The notes: generated by a model not told the origin, from the letters alone. A DNA stretch of 64,000 nt from an uncultured delta proteobacterium (GCA_963785725.1 CAWAWS010000005.1:256001-320000); one strand, 5' to 3'; counted from the stretch's first letter, positions 46,813 through 58,440 are shown. Numbers and translations: made by a program.

Positions 46813-48716
46813 TCATTGCGACGATGTTGGCGCTTTCGCCGGGCTGCAGCGAGCCGCCCGAAGTCGGCGACTGGAAGACGACCGGCGGCCAAACCGGCGA
46901 CTGGCGCGACGAGGTCGTCTATCAGCTCCTCGTCGACCGCTTCGCCGACGGCGATCTGAACAACGACGTCTCCGTCGTTCCAGGCGCGCTCGGCCTCTAT
47001 CAAGGCGGCGATTGGCAAGGCGTCATCGACCACCTCGACTATCTGAAGACGCTGGGCGTGACCGCGCTGTGGATCTCGCCGGTCGTGCGCAACCTCGAGA
47101 CCGATGCCAACTTCGACGGCTATCACGGCTATTGGCAGCAGGACTTTACGCACGTCAATCCGCACTTCGGCGACATGGCCAAGCTGCGCGAGCTGACGAC
47201 GAAAGCGCACGCGCAAGGCTTCAAGGTCATCCTCGACATCGTCACCAATCACGTCGCGCAGCTGTTTTATTACGACATCAACGGCAACGGCAGCCCCGAC
47301 GAAACCGTCTACGGCGCCGGCTGCGGCGAGCAGGCGCCGGCCGACGTGCAGCCGTGTCCGGGCGGCGCCATCATCACGCACATCTCGGAGTACGATCCCG
47401 ACTTCGATCCGAACGGCGTCCGCGGCTATTCGTCGCTGGGCTTCTCGGGACCGGCGCCGGTGCGCTGGATTTACGACGCGGCCATCGATCGCCAGCCGAC
47501 GTTGCCGGGCGCGGGCGCGAGCCAAGAGACCTCGCGCCAATTCGGCTTCCAGCGGCTCGACTGGTACCACAAAAAAGGGCGCATCACCGACTACGGCATC
47601 CGCGATCAAGTGCTCACCGGCGACTTTCCCGGCGGCTTGAAGGACCTGGCGACCGAGCGCGACGACGTGACGGCGGCGCTGACGGCGGTGTTCGCGCGCT
47701 GGATTCAGGCGGGCGACTTCGACGGCTTCCGCATCGATACGCTCAAGCACGTCGACCATCCGTTCTGGCAGAGCTTCGCGGGAAATCTGCGCAAATACGT
47801 GAGCGGGCAGATGACGCTGCCCGATCCGACCGATCCCAACGACGCCAACAAGACGGTGCCGCCCTTGACGGTGCCGAAGTCGAAGTTCTTCATGTTCGGC
47901 GAGTCCTTCGACGGCGACGACGTCTTGAACGGCAGCTACACGTTCAACCAAGAGGTCGACTCGACCTTCTACTTCTCGCAGAAGTTCAACGTCTTCGACA
48001 ACGTCTTCAAGAACAACGGCCCGACGACGGCGATTCAAGACCAGTTCAACAACAAAGAGACCGATTACGCGTCGGTGCCGAACGACAACGGCGTGGGCGT
48101 GGCGGCGCGCGACATCCTCGTCAACTTCCTCGACAACCACGACGTGCCGCGCTTTTTGTTCGACAAGCCGTCCGTGCCGGCGCTGCACAACGCGCTCGCC
48201 TATCTCATGACGGAAGATGGCGTGCCGTGCATTTATTACGGCACCGAGCAGGAGTTCGACGGCGGCAACGATCCCTACAATCGCGAGCGCTTGTGGGACA
48301 CGAACTTCGACACGACCAACGCGACGTTTCAGTGGATTCAGCGGCTGATTCGCATTCGCAAGGCCTACGCGCCGCTGCGTGAGGGCGCGCTGAACATCGT
48401 GTGGTCGACGGCGCACGTGGCGACGGAAGAGGACGCGAACCTCATCGCCTTCGAGCGCAGCTTGAACGGGCATACGATGTTGATGGTCATGAATACGAGC
48501 GACACGCAGGCCTCGGAGACGTCGTCGGCGCAGACCGGCGGCGCGCCCATGACGACGAGCTTTGCGGCAGGGACAGCGCTCGTCGACATCTTGGCGGCGG
48601 CCGGCGATCCGAGCGCCAGCCTCACGGTCGGCGCGAACGGCGCGCTGACCGTGCCGGTGGCGGCGCGTGGCGCGCGCATCTTGGTGCCGGCGGGCGACGT
48701 GGTCGCGCTTCAGTAA
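46788..48716 (+). CDS. GH13 alpha-amylase family lipoprotein
   Basis: Lipobox [57 protein letters not shown]. Start GTG 46788 or ATG 46824. Confidence 0.9.
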   Translation: MVQLKLPLVIATMLALSPGCSEPPEVGDWKTTGGQTGDWRDEVVYQLLVDRFADGDLNNDVSVVPGALGLYQGGDWQGVIDHLDYLKTLGVTALWISPVVRNLETDANFDGYHGYWQQDFTHVNPHFGDMAKLRELTTKAHAQGFKVILDIVTNHVAQLFYYDINGNGSPDETVYGAGCGEQAPADVQPCPGGAIITHISEYDPDFDPNGVRGYSSLGFSGPAPVRWIYDAAIDRQPTLPGAGASQETSRQFGFQRLDWYHKKGRITDYGIRDQVLTGDFPGGLKDLATERDDVTAALTAVFARWIQAGDFDGFRIDTLKHVDHPFWQSFAGNLRKYVSGQMTLPDPTDPNDANKTVPPLTVPKSKFFMFGESFDGDDVLNGSYTFNQEVDSTFYFSQKFNVFDNVFKNNGPTTAIQDQFNNKETDYASVPNDNGVGVAARDILVNFLDNHDVPRFLFDKPSVPALHNALAYLMTEDGVPCIYYGTEQEFDGGNDPYNRERLWDTNFDTTNATFQWIQRLIRIRKAYAPLREGALNIVWSTAHVATEEDANLIAFERSLNGHTMLMVMNTSDTQASETSSAQTGGAPMTTSFAAGTALVDILAAAGDPSASLTVGANGALTVPVAARGARILVPAGDVVALQ

Positions 48717-48735
48717 GGGCGCGACGAGGACGGGT

Positions 48736-49795
48736 ATGGCGGAGCTGAAGATCGTAAACGTCGGCAAGGATCGCGGCGCGGCGCGCATTTTGGGCGACGT
48801 CTCGCTCACCGTCGCCGACGGCGAGCTGCTCGTGCTCGTCGGTCCGTCGGGCTGCGGCAAGTCGACGCTCTTGCGCTGCATCGCCGGCCTCGAGCCTTTG
48901 TCGCGCGGCGCCATCGTCATGAATGGGGTCGACATCTCCGCGGCCGAGCCGCGCGATCGCGACATCGCCATGGTCTTTCAGAGCTACGCGCTCTATCCGC
49001 ATTTGACGGTGCGCGAGAACTTGGCCTTCGGGCTCAAGATGCGCAAGACGCCGAAAGCCGAGATTGCGCAGCGCATCGGCGAAGCGGCGGACATGCTCGG
49101 GTTGACGCCCATGCTCGATCGGCGGCCGGCGCAGCTGTCGGGCGGGCAGCGGCAGCGCGTGGCGATGGGTCGCGCGGTCGTGCAGGCGCCCCAAGGTCTT
49201 CCTCTTCGACGAGCCGCTGTCGAACTTGGACGCGGCCTTGCGCGGGCAGATGCGGCTCGAGCTCATGCGGCTGCATCAGCGTTTGCAAGCGACCATGGTC
49301 TACGTCACGCACGACCAAGTGGAGGCGATGACGCTCGCCGACCGCATCGCCGTCCTCGACCAGGGCGCGCTCATGCAGGTGGGACCGCCGAGCGAGCTCT
49401 ATCAGCGGCCGGCGAACCTCTTCGTCGCGCGCTTCATCGGCACGCCGGAGATGAACGTCGTCGACGCGCGCGCCGCCGCGGCCTCTGGTCTTTCGCCGCC
49501 CTTGCCGCCCGAGGTCGCGTCGGTGGGCGTGCGCGCCGAGGATTTACGCCTGGTCGGCGCCGCGCAGCCGGGCGCGCTGGCCGCGCAAGTCGACGTCGTC
49601 GAGCACTTGGGCCCGGAAGCGCTCGTGCACGTGCGCGTCGACATGATCGAGCTGGTCGCGCGCGTCGCCGCGCCGGCCGTGCCGCGCACCGGCGAGCGCG
49701 TCGCCCTCGCCGTCGACGCCGCGCAGCTCCACCTGTTCGACGGCAGCGGCGCGCGTGTCGAGCGGTCGACCGCGGCCCAACAAGCGGCGCGCTGA
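48736..49795 (+). CDS. malK: Sugar ABC transporter ATP-binding protein MalK/UgpC family (indel near 49185)
   Basis: [58 protein letters not shown]. Confidence 0.88.
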
Positions 49796-49870
49796 TGGTT
49801 CACACGATCGTTAACTATTGCGCGATCCGTTAATGATCGATCGCGTCGACTATTGCCGCAATCGTGAACG

Positions 49871-52010
49871 ATGTTAGCGCCGGCGTTCTTGGTCGCGCAG
49901 GTCGTCCTCTGGCACGCCTACCGCGCCGACGAGCAGCGCGCGCTCGAGGCCTGCGTCGCCGTGTGGAACCGGACGCACGCGGAGTCGCACGTCGAGGCGG
50001 TGGCGCTGCCGTTCGACGGCTACGCGGCCAAGCTGGAGGCGGCGATTCCGCGCGGCAACGGGCCCGACCTGTTCGTCGGCTCGCATGAGGCGGTCGGCGA
50101 TTGGGCGCGCCTCGGGCTCGTCGAGCCGCTGGAGACGCAGGTGGCGCCGGCGACGCTCGCGCAATTCCTCGACGGCACGGTCACGCCGCTGCGCACCCAC
50201 GGCCACTTGTATGGCCTGCCGCTGGCCTTCAAGAGCTTGGCGCTGTTCTATCGCCGCGATCGGGTGCCGGTGCCGCCGCGTACCACGGACGCGCTGCTGG
50301 GGCTGGCGCGGGCGACGAAAGCGAGCCAGCCGGGCCACTATGCGTTGGCCTACGAGGCGGGCTCGTTCTTCTATCACGCGGCCTGGCTGCACGGCTTCGG
50401 CGGCCATATCCTCGACGCGCACGACCAGCCGGCGCTGACGTCGGACGCGGCGGTGGCGTCGGTGGCGTTCGTGCGCCTGTTGGCGGCCGAGCAGCTGTTG
50501 CCGGCGGAGTCGACGAGCGTCGTCGCGGCGCAGCTGTTCAACGACGGCCGCGCCGGCATGATCATCAACGGGCCCTGGTTCGCCGGCGACATCGCGCCCG
50601 GCGTACCCTGGGCGGTGGCGCCGCTGCCGACGGTGAGCGCGACCGGCTTGCCGGCGGCGCCGCTCGTGACCATCGAGGCGCTGCTCTTGCCGGCACGGGC
50701 GCATGAGCCGGCGGCGGCGTTGGCGTTCGCGACCTGGCTCGCCGGCGCCGAGGCGGCGCGGATTCGCGCGCGCATCGGCCGGCAGACGGTGGCGGCGCGC
50801 GCGGCCTGGGACGATCCGCAGATCGCCGGCGATCCGCTGCTGTCGGCGTTTCGCGCGCAGCTGGCCGCGACGGTGCCGATGTCGAACGCGCCGGCCATGC
50901 GCCAAGTGTGGGAGCCGGCGCAACAGGCGCTGCGTCAGGTGCTGCGCGGCGCCGTCGAGCCGCGCGTCGCGCTCGCCGCCGCACAGGCGCGCATCTTGAC
51001 GGCGTTGCGACCACCGCCGCCGCCGGCGCCGGCGCTGCCCTACTTGCTGGCGTCGGCGCTGCTGGCGATGGCGGCGCTCGGCTATGGCCTGCGCCACGCC
51101 CGCGACCGTCTGCCGCTCATGCGCCGCGACGCCAACGCCTACGTCTATCTGGCGCCGGCGGCGGTCGCCATGATCGTGCTCGTCTTCGTGCCCTTCACCG
51201 TCGGCGCCGGCATGTCGCTGTTCTGGCACGACGCCGGCCGCTGGACGTTCGTCGGCGCGCGCAACTTCGTCGACATCCTCGCCTCGCGCGACTGCCGCAT
51301 CACCGACCCGCTCAGCTTCTACTTCACGCTCGCGGTGACCGCGCTGTGGACGGTCTGCAACGTCGCGCTGCACGTGCTCATCGGCGTCGTCGCTGGCGCT
51401 CCTCTTACGCGATCCGCTGCTCAAGCTGCGCGGCGTCTATCGCGTGCTGCTGATCGTGCCGTGGGCGGTGCCCAACTACATCACCGCGCTGATCTGGAAG
51501 GGCATGTTCCACCGGCAGTTCGGCGCCATCAACGGGCTGCTCGGCCTCTTCGGCATCGCAGCCCGTGTCGTGGTTCTCGCGCTTCTGGACGGCCTTCGCG
51601 GCCAACGTCGTCACCAACGTCTGGCTCGGCTTCCCGTTCATGATGGTGGTGACGCTGGGCGCGCTGCTCGCGCATCCCGAAGGAGCTGTACGAGGCGGCG
51701 GCGGTCGACGGCGCCAGTCGCTGGCAGCGCCTGCGCTACATCGTCCTGCCGCTTGCTCAAGCCGGCGCTGTTGCCGGCGGTCGTGCTCGGCGCCGTCTGG
51801 ACGTTCAACATGTTCAACATCGTCTTCCTCGTGTCGGGCGGCGAGCCCGACGGCGCGACCGACATCCTCGTCTCGGAGGCGTACCGCTGGGCGTTCACGC
51901 GCGGCCAGCGATACGGCTACGCCGCGGCCTACGCGGTCCTCATCTTCGCCATCTTGGCCGCGCAGACGCTGCTCAGTCGCGCCGCGCAGGCGGAGAGCGA
52001 GACGCGATGA
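49871..52010 (+). CDS. Fused maltodextrin-binding protein and MalF-type permease (indels 51390-51750)
   Basis: SBP part VLWHAY, GPDLFVGSH, MIINGPW, PMSNAPAMRQVW in the same frame as the first TMs; then PWAVPNYITALIW, VWLGFPFMM, ELYEAAAVDGA, WTFNMFN. Confidence 0.8.
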
Positions 52011-52850
52011 AGCACGGCTCGCGCCATCTTCGCCGTGCACGCGGCGCTCATCGTCGCCGTCGTCGTCACGCTCTATCCGGTGCTGTGGGTGCTGAAGATG
52101 GCGCTGTCGCCGTCGCAGGGCTTCTCGCTGTCGCCGAGCCCGATTCCGACGGCGCTGACGCTGCAAAACTTCGTCGACGTCGTCACCACGCGCGACGACG
52201 GCGGCGCCTGGCTCTTCGGTCGCCAGCTCGTCAACTCGCTGGTCGTCGCGCTGTCGGTCACCGTCGTCGGTGTGGCGCTCGCCTGCTCCGCCGCCTACGC
52301 GCTGTCGCGCTTCTCGTTCCCCGGCCGCCAAGCGAGCCTGCGCGCCTTTCTGTTCTCGCAGATGTTCCCCGGCGTCGTGACGCTGATTCCGCTCTACGTC
52401 CTCCTCGACAAGCTGCACCTGCTCAATCGCCTGTCGGGCCTCGTGCTCGTCTACGCGACGACGGCGATTCCCTTTTGCGTCTGGATGCTCAAGGGCTACT
52501 TCGACACCCTGCCGCGCGAGCTGGAAGAGGCCGCGCTGCTCGACGGCGGCACGCGCTTCGACGCCTTTTGGCGCGTGGTGCTGCCGCTGGCGCGACCGGC
52601 GCTGGCGGTGACCGCGCTGTTCTGCTTCATGACGGCGTGGAACGAGTTCATCCTGGCCGCGACGTTCATGAACCATCCGCGCGCGTTCACGTTGCCGGTG
52701 GCGCTGCAGCGTTACGTCGGCGAGTACTCGACCGAATGGGGCCAGTTCGCCGCCGGCGCGCTCATCGTCTCGGTGCCGGTGATGGCGCTCTTCTTCGCGC
52801 TCCAGAAGCACCTCGTCGGCGGGCTGACGCAAGGCGGCGTCAAGGGTTAA
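52007..52850 (+). CDS. malG: Sugar ABC transporter permease MalG family
   Basis: AAYALSRF, QMFPG, LKGYFDTLPRELEEAALLDG, WNEF, LVGGLTQGGVKG. Confidence 0.88.
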
Positions 52851-53557
52851 CGCAGCGCTTCGGCGAGCGCGAGGATGGCGTCCCCGAGCGCCGTCAGGTC
52901 GTGCACGTCGGCGTCGGGCACCTCGTTGGCGTCGCGCGCTTCCTGCGCGACGTGGCGGCCGGTGCGCAGGCGAACGGCGCGCATGCCGAGCGCGCGCGCC
53001 GGCGCGATGTCGTTGTCGATGCGATCGCCGACCATGATGGTGCGCTCGGGCACGACGCCGAGCGCCTGGCACGCACGCAAGAAGAAGCGCGGGTCGGGCT
53101 TGCGGATGCCGTCGTCGCCGGGCAGCTCGACGTGGGTGAAGTTGCGATCGATGCCGACGCGCCTGAGCTCGCTGCGCACCTTATGCGGCTGATTGGCGAC
53201 GATGGCGAGCCGTAAGCCGCGACTCGACAGCCGCTGCAAGAGCGCGTCGGCGCCCGGTCGCAGCTCGATGCCGCCGCGCTCGCGATCGCGCGCGTCGCCG
53301 CCGGCCGCGACGCTGGCGTAGACGGCAGCAGCGACGGCGACGCGATCGGCGTGCGCCGCCGCCAGCGTCCAAATGATCGTGCGATAGGTGCTGGGCGCGA
53401 ACGAGTGCACCGCCGCCGCGCTCGCCCGCGCGTAGTCGTCGTCGCTGACGCCGATGCCGTGCCGCGCCAGCGCCACGCGGATGTCGCGATCGATGAGCGC
53501 CTCCCAGCGCAGCTCGCAGTCGATCGGACCGCCGACATCGAAGAGCACGCCCGTCAC
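52847..53557 (-). CDS. HAD-superfamily hydrolase
   Basis: LFDVGGPID, KPDP, MVGDRIDNDI. Confidence 0.85.
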   Translation of the reverse strand: MTGVLFDVGGPIDCELRWEALIDRDIRVALARHGIGVSDDDYARASAAAVHSFAPSTYRTIIWTLAAAHADRVAVAAAVYASVAAGGDARDRERGGIELRPGADALLQRLSSRGLRLAIVANQPHKVRSELRRVGIDRNFTHVELPGDDGIRKPDPRFFLRACQALGVVPERTIMVGDRIDNDIAPARALGMRAVRLRTGRHVAQEARDANEVPDADVHDLTALGDAILALAEALR

Positions 53558-53722
53558 TCCAAAACCATACGCACGACCGTCTGACGCCGGTAGTCGCGCG
53601 CGCCGCCTTTGGGCCTTGATCGGCGGACGCGGCCATGGAATGGAAACCTGCTCGCAACGTCCTTGACACGCAACTCAGCCACGAGTTACTAACGGGCAAC
53701 TCGCTCGTAGGGACGGTGATCG

Positions 53723-56050
53723 ATGCGATGCCTGGGCCTTCGTGGTCGCCGGTTGGCGTTCGGCCGTCTCTGGAGCAGCGCGGCATTGGCCGTCGCGATC
53801 GCCGGCTGTGGCGGCGGACATGGCGCGCCCGCGCCGGCCGACCTCGCCGTCGGCGGCATGAGCGACATGACCGGCGTCGTCGGCGTTTCGCGCGACGGCG
53901 GTGCCAACGACGGCGGCAGCGACGCGGGCGGCGGCGGCATCGTGCCCATCGGCGGCAGCGGCGTCGTCCCCGTTCGCAGCTGCGGCACCGTGTTCACGTT
54001 CGGCGATCCGAGCCCCGCCAGCGTCGTCGTCGCCGGCGAGTTCAACGCCTGGAGCCTCACCGCCAATCCGCTGACCGGACCCGACGTCAACGGGCAGTGG
54101 CAGACGACGATGACGCTGCCGACCGGCGCCTACGCGTACAAGTTCGTGGCCACCGATCCGACGGGCACGGTGACGTGGGAGCTCGACGCGGGCAATCCGT
54201 ACACGAAGTTCGTCGGCGGCGTCGAGAACTCGGTCGTCGAAGTGCCCGACTGTCAGCTGCCCGAGCTGCAGTATCAGTCGTTGACGGCGACCGCGGCGGG
54301 CGCGCTCACCGCCGCCGTGCAATACGTCGACGGCAACGGCGCCGCCGGGCTCGACGCCTCGACGCTGAACGTCACGCTCGACGGCGCGCCCGCCAACGGC
54401 ACCCTCGACGCGGGCGGCCTCATTCGCGTCGCGGCGAGCGGACTGGCGAAGACGAAGCACCGGCTCATCGTGCAAGCGGCCGATCGCGCCGGCCACGTCG
54501 CCGTCGACCTGCACGTGCCGTTTTGGGTGCAGGACCAGCCGTTCGATTTCCGCGACGGCCTCATGTACTTCACCTTCACCGACCGCTTTCGCGACGGCGA
54601 CGCGAGCAACAACGCGGCCACGCCCGACGTCGACCCGCGCGCCAACTACGAAGGCGGCGACTTCGCCGGCATCACGCAGGCCATCGACAGCGGCTACTTC
54701 GACGCGTTGTCGGTGCGCACGATCTGGATCTCGCCGCCCAACAAGAATCCCGACGACGCGCAGGCCGGCACCGACAACCACTTGTACTCGGGTTATCACG
54801 GCTACTGGCCGACGGCGGCCGACGACATCCAGCCCCGCTTCGGCGACCTGAACGCGCTCAAAACCCTAGTGGCGCACGCGCATCTGCATGGCATCCGCGT
54901 GCTCGTCGACGCCGTCCTCAACCACGTGCACTTGGAGCACCCTTATTGGGTGCAGCATCAGAACGACGGCTGGTTCAATCCGTCGACCATCGACGGCCAG
55001 CCGTGCGAATGCGGCGATCCCGGCTGCGGCGACTGGACGACGGCGCGCGAGACCTGCTGGTTCGAGAGCTACCTGCCCGACCTCGACTACACCAACTGGG
55101 ACGCGCTGACGACGATGATCGACGACGTCGTCTATTGGGCGCGCGAGGCCGACGTCGACGGCTTTCGCGTCGACGCCGTCAAGCACTTCAAGCTCGCCGC
55201 CACCAAGCGATTGCGCGGCAAGCTGCACGATCAATTCGAATGGACCGGCCCCATGTTCTATTTGGTCGGCGAGACGTTCGACGGCGATCGCACGCTCATC
55301 GAGAGCTTCATCGGCCCGCAAGCGCTCAACGGCCAGTTCGATTTCCCCATCTATTTCGCGATCACCGACACCTTGTCGACCTATTCGCAGTCGCTGCGCG
55401 AGCTCGAGTCGGCGACGGCGCAGTCGGACGCCGCCTTCGGCGACGCCGTCATGTCGCCGTTTTTCGGCAACCAAGACGTCTCGCGCTTTCTGTCGACGGC
55501 GGCCGGGCAGCTCGCCGCCGATCCGTCGGCACAAGCGTGGGACGACGCGACGCGGCCGGTGGCGCCGACGACCGAAGACGCCTACTTCAAGCTGCGCCTG
55601 GCGTTGACGTTCGTCGCCACGTCGCCGGGCGTGCCGCTCATTTACTACGGCGACGAGTATGGCCAGCCCGGCGCCGACGATCCCGACAATCGCCGCTTCA
55701 TGAAGTGGAACGGCTACAGCGCCTTCGAGCAGACGACGATCGACGTCACGCAGAAATTGGGCGCCGCGCGCGCCGAGTTGCCGGCCTTGCGCTACGGCCT
55801 TCGCCGCACGCTGTGGATCGACGACAACTTATATGTCTACGCGCGCGTCAACGGCAGCGACGTCGCCATCATCGTCATCAACCGCGACTTCGGCGGCGGA
55901 AACACGACCGCCGTTCCCGTGCCCGCCGACCTGCCGCTCGCCAACGGCACGGTGTTGAACGATCGGCTCGGCGGCGCGCCCATCACCGTCGTCAACAACA
56001 CGATCCCGCTCGCGATCGGCGCCCATGCGAGCGCGGTATTGGCGCCGTGA
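53723..56050 (+). CDS. GH13 alpha-amylase family lipoprotein with CBM48-like module
   Basis: Lipobox IAGC; VVVAGEFNAW..YAYKFV; GGDFAG, YHGYW, DAVLNH, DGFRVDAVKH, GET, GNQD, YYGDE. Confidence 0.88.
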   Translation: MRCLGLRGRRLAFGRLWSSAALAVAIAGCGGGHGAPAPADLAVGGMSDMTGVVGVSRDGGANDGGSDAGGGGIVPIGGSGVVPVRSCGTVFTFGDPSPASVVVAGEFNAWSLTANPLTGPDVNGQWQTTMTLPTGAYAYKFVATDPTGTVTWELDAGNPYTKFVGGVENSVVEVPDCQLPELQYQSLTATAAGALTAAVQYVDGNGAAGLDASTLNVTLDGAPANGTLDAGGLIRVAASGLAKTKHRLIVQAADRAGHVAVDLHVPFWVQDQPFDFRDGLMYFTFTDRFRDGDASNNAATPDVDPRANYEGGDFAGITQAIDSGYFDALSVRTIWISPPNKNPDDAQAGTDNHLYSGYHGYWPTAADDIQPRFGDLNALKTLVAHAHLHGIRVLVDAVLNHVHLEHPYWVQHQNDGWFNPSTIDGQPCECGDPGCGDWTTARETCWFESYLPDLDYTNWDALTTMIDDVVYWAREADVDGFRVDAVKHFKLAATKRLRGKLHDQFEWTGPMFYLVGETFDGDRTLIESFIGPQALNGQFDFPIYFAITDTLSTYSQSLRELESATAQSDAAFGDAVMSPFFGNQDVSRFLSTAAGQLAADPSAQAWDDATRPVAPTTEDAYFKLRLALTFVATSPGVPLIYYGDEYGQPGADDPDNRRFMKWNGYSAFEQTTIDVTQKLGAARAELPALRYGLRRTLWIDDNLYVYARVNGSDVAIIVINRDFGGGNTTAVPVPADLPLANGTVLNDRLGGAPITVVNNTIPLAIGAHASAVLAP

Positions 56051-58440
56051 AGCGGCTCGCGATCCTGGGTCTGCTGCTCGTTTCGTCGACGGCGACGGCG
56101 CAGACCGTGAGCCCGAGCTGGACGTCGCTCACCACCGGCAACGGCTACGGCTTCCAAGTATTCGACACGAGCGCGCACAAGGTGACGACGTTCCTCGAGC
56201 ATCCGTATCGCTATCTCGGGCCCAATCCGAGCGATCCGCACGCCGAAGGCATCTTGCGCCGCAACCTCGCCTACGACTTCTACTTCGGCGTGCGCTCGGG
56301 CGCGACCGCCGGCTGGCTCAACGCGCCCACCGTCGCCGGCGACACCAGCTACGTCGACCAAGCGCACATCATCGACTCGACGGCCACGCTCGGCGCCATC
56401 GCCACCGAGTCCTACTTCTTCGCGCCCTTCGACTATCCCGGCAACGCCATGGTCGCGCTCTTGAAGGCGCCCGCCGCCTCCGATGGATTCGTGCTCTTCA
56501 ACTTCCACATGGGCTCGGGCGGCGGCGAAACGCCGGGCAGCGACGGCGAGAGCATCCGCTACGTGGCCGTCGGCAACTCCGGCGCCGTCGTCGAGACCGG
56601 ACCGGGCGGCGGCTTCATGGTCTACGTGCCGCTGTCGCAGGTCGCGCACATGGACTGCAGCGGCGTCTACAACAAGGTCCTCGCCGGCTCGGACCTCGCG
56701 GACAACACCAGCTGCAGCGGCAGCGACGTCGTCCCCGCGTTCCAAGGCCCGATCGACAGCGACGGCTGGATGGGCGCGGCCGTGCAGTTCGTCGACAGCA
56801 CCAACCCCGCCGACGCCGACGCCGCGGCCGCGAGCTTGGTCGCGTGGGCCAAGGCGCGCACGCCGACGCAGCTCCTGTCCGACGCGCGCGCCGAGTTCGA
56901 GGCCTGGCGCAAAGCCCCGGCGACGACGCTGCCGATGTGCAACGACGCCGAGCGGCAGGTGTGGCGGCAGTCGGAAGCGGTGCTGCGCATGGCGCAGATT
57001 CGCGAGCCCAACACGGCGACGCGCTTCAACAACGGCATGATCTTGGCGTCGCTGCCGCCCGGCATGTGGCACACGGCCTGGGTGCGCGACGCCACGTACG
57101 CCATCGTCGCCTTGTCGCGCAGCGGCCACTACGCCGAAGCCAAAGCGGGCCTCAATTTTCTCCTCAACGCGCAGCCTGTCGGCAGCTACGCGAGCTACGT
57201 CGACAACCAGAGCTATCGCATCTCGCTCACGCGCTACTTCGGCAACGGCCAAGAGGAATGCGACTGGAACGCCAACGGCCCCAACACCGAGATGGACGGC
57301 TGGGGTTTGACGCTCTGGGCGGCGCGGCAATATGTCGAAGCCTCGGGCGACACCGCTTGGCTGGCGACGACGACCGGCTTCGGCGCGGTTTACGACGTCT
57401 TGCAAGGCGGCGTCGCGGCGCCGCTGGAAGCGAACTTGGAGACGACGGCGCCGAACCAATCGATCGTGCGCGCCGACTCGTCGATCTGGGAAGTGCATCA
57501 GCCAGGCAAGCACTACGCGTACACGACGATGGCGGCGGCGCGCGGCTTCTGCGACTTGGCGGCGCTGGCGCAAAAGAGCGGCAAAGCCACCGACGTGACG
57601 CACTACGCGACCTTGTCGTCGACGGTGAAGACGGCTTTTTACGGCCGCTTCGTCGACGCGCAGCAGGCGCTCGGCGGCTCGGTGGAAGGCTTGGCGTCGA
57701 ACATTTATTACGACGGCGCGCTGGCCGAAGCGTTCAACCTCGACCTCTTGCCCGACTACTCGGGGCCGATGGCGACGGCGACGTTGACGCTGTTCAACCA
57801 CTTGCGCGTGGCGTCGGGCGGCTACAAGCGCGACAACGACAACGGCTCGTCGTACGACAACAACGAGTGGATCTTCGTCGATCTGCGCGTCAGCGACGCC
57901 TTGCGCCGGGCCGGGCACGTCGGCGACGCCGATCGCTTCTTCGGTCAGGTCGTGCAGCAGGCGGCGGCCAACTTCGATTTGGTGCCCGAGCTGCTCAACG
58001 ACACGGCCGGCGCCGGCGCCATCGGCAGCTTCACCGGCTCGATCCCGATGGTCGGCTACGGCGCGGGCACGCTCATGCTGGTCATGATGGACCGCTCCGG
58101 CGCGTGGGAGCCGAACGACTGCGGCGACGGCAAGCGCACGAGCGGCACGGCCTATCAGTGTCCGGCCGTCGTCGGCGACGGTGGCAGCGACGGCGGCGCC
58201 AACATCAGTGACGGCGGCGTGGCCGGCGGTGGCGGCAGCGCGGGCGGCGGCGGCAGCAGCAGCGCCGGCGGCAGCGGCAACGCCGGCGGCGGCGGCAAGT
58301 CACCGGCGACGCAGCACGGCGGCGCCTGCGTCTGCAACGTCAGCGGCCGCGGCCCGACGTCGGGCACGATGACGCTGTTGGCGCTGCCCTGGCTGCTCGT
58401 CGGCATGCGCCTGTGCGGCAAAGCCCGCTGCGCGAAATAG
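56047..58440 (+). CDS. Secreted GH15-like glucoamylase with Gly-rich linker and MYXO-CTERM-like tail
   Basis: GTGA overlap; signal peptide; AWVRDATY, SSIWE, LVPELL; tail GGACVCNV..LLALPWLLVGMRL. Confidence 0.72.
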   Translation: MKRLAILGLLLVSSTATAQTVSPSWTSLTTGNGYGFQVFDTSAHKVTTFLEHPYRYLGPNPSDPHAEGILRRNLAYDFYFGVRSGATAGWLNAPTVAGDTSYVDQAHIIDSTATLGAIATESYFFAPFDYPGNAMVALLKAPAASDGFVLFNFHMGSGGGETPGSDGESIRYVAVGNSGAVVETGPGGGFMVYVPLSQVAHMDCSGVYNKVLAGSDLADNTSCSGSDVVPAFQGPIDSDGWMGAAVQFVDSTNPADADAAAASLVAWAKARTPTQLLSDARAEFEAWRKAPATTLPMCNDAERQVWRQSEAVLRMAQIREPNTATRFNNGMILASLPPGMWHTAWVRDATYAIVALSRSGHYAEAKAGLNFLLNAQPVGSYASYVDNQSYRISLTRYFGNGQEECDWNANGPNTEMDGWGLTLWAARQYVEASGDTAWLATTTGFGAVYDVLQGGVAAPLEANLETTAPNQSIVRADSSIWEVHQPGKHYAYTTMAAARGFCDLAALAQKSGKATDVTHYATLSSTVKTAFYGRFVDAQQALGGSVEGLASNIYYDGALAEAFNLDLLPDYSGPMATATLTLFNHLRVASGGYKRDNDNGSSYDNNEWIFVDLRVSDALRRAGHVGDADRFFGQVVQQAAANFDLVPELLNDTAGAGAIGSFTGSIPMVGYGAGTLMLVMMDRSGAWEPNDCGDGKRTSGTAYQCPAVVGDGGSDGGANISDGGVAGGGGSAGGGGSSSAGGSGNAGGGGKSPATQHGGACVCNVSGRGPTSGTMTLLALPWLLVGMRLCGKARCAK

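Noticed and set aside
49180..52040. Frameshifts in malK, malF and malG as phase variation
   Set aside because: No consistent slippery tract; matches the error pattern elsewhere.
58180..58300. GGC-rich tract as a DNA repeat element
   Set aside because: Encodes an ordinary Gly/Ser linker.
53635..58440. 1601-aa ORF as one giant protein
   Set aside because: First half is an off-frame shadow of the GH13 gene; the real gene starts at GTG 56047 with its own signal peptide.
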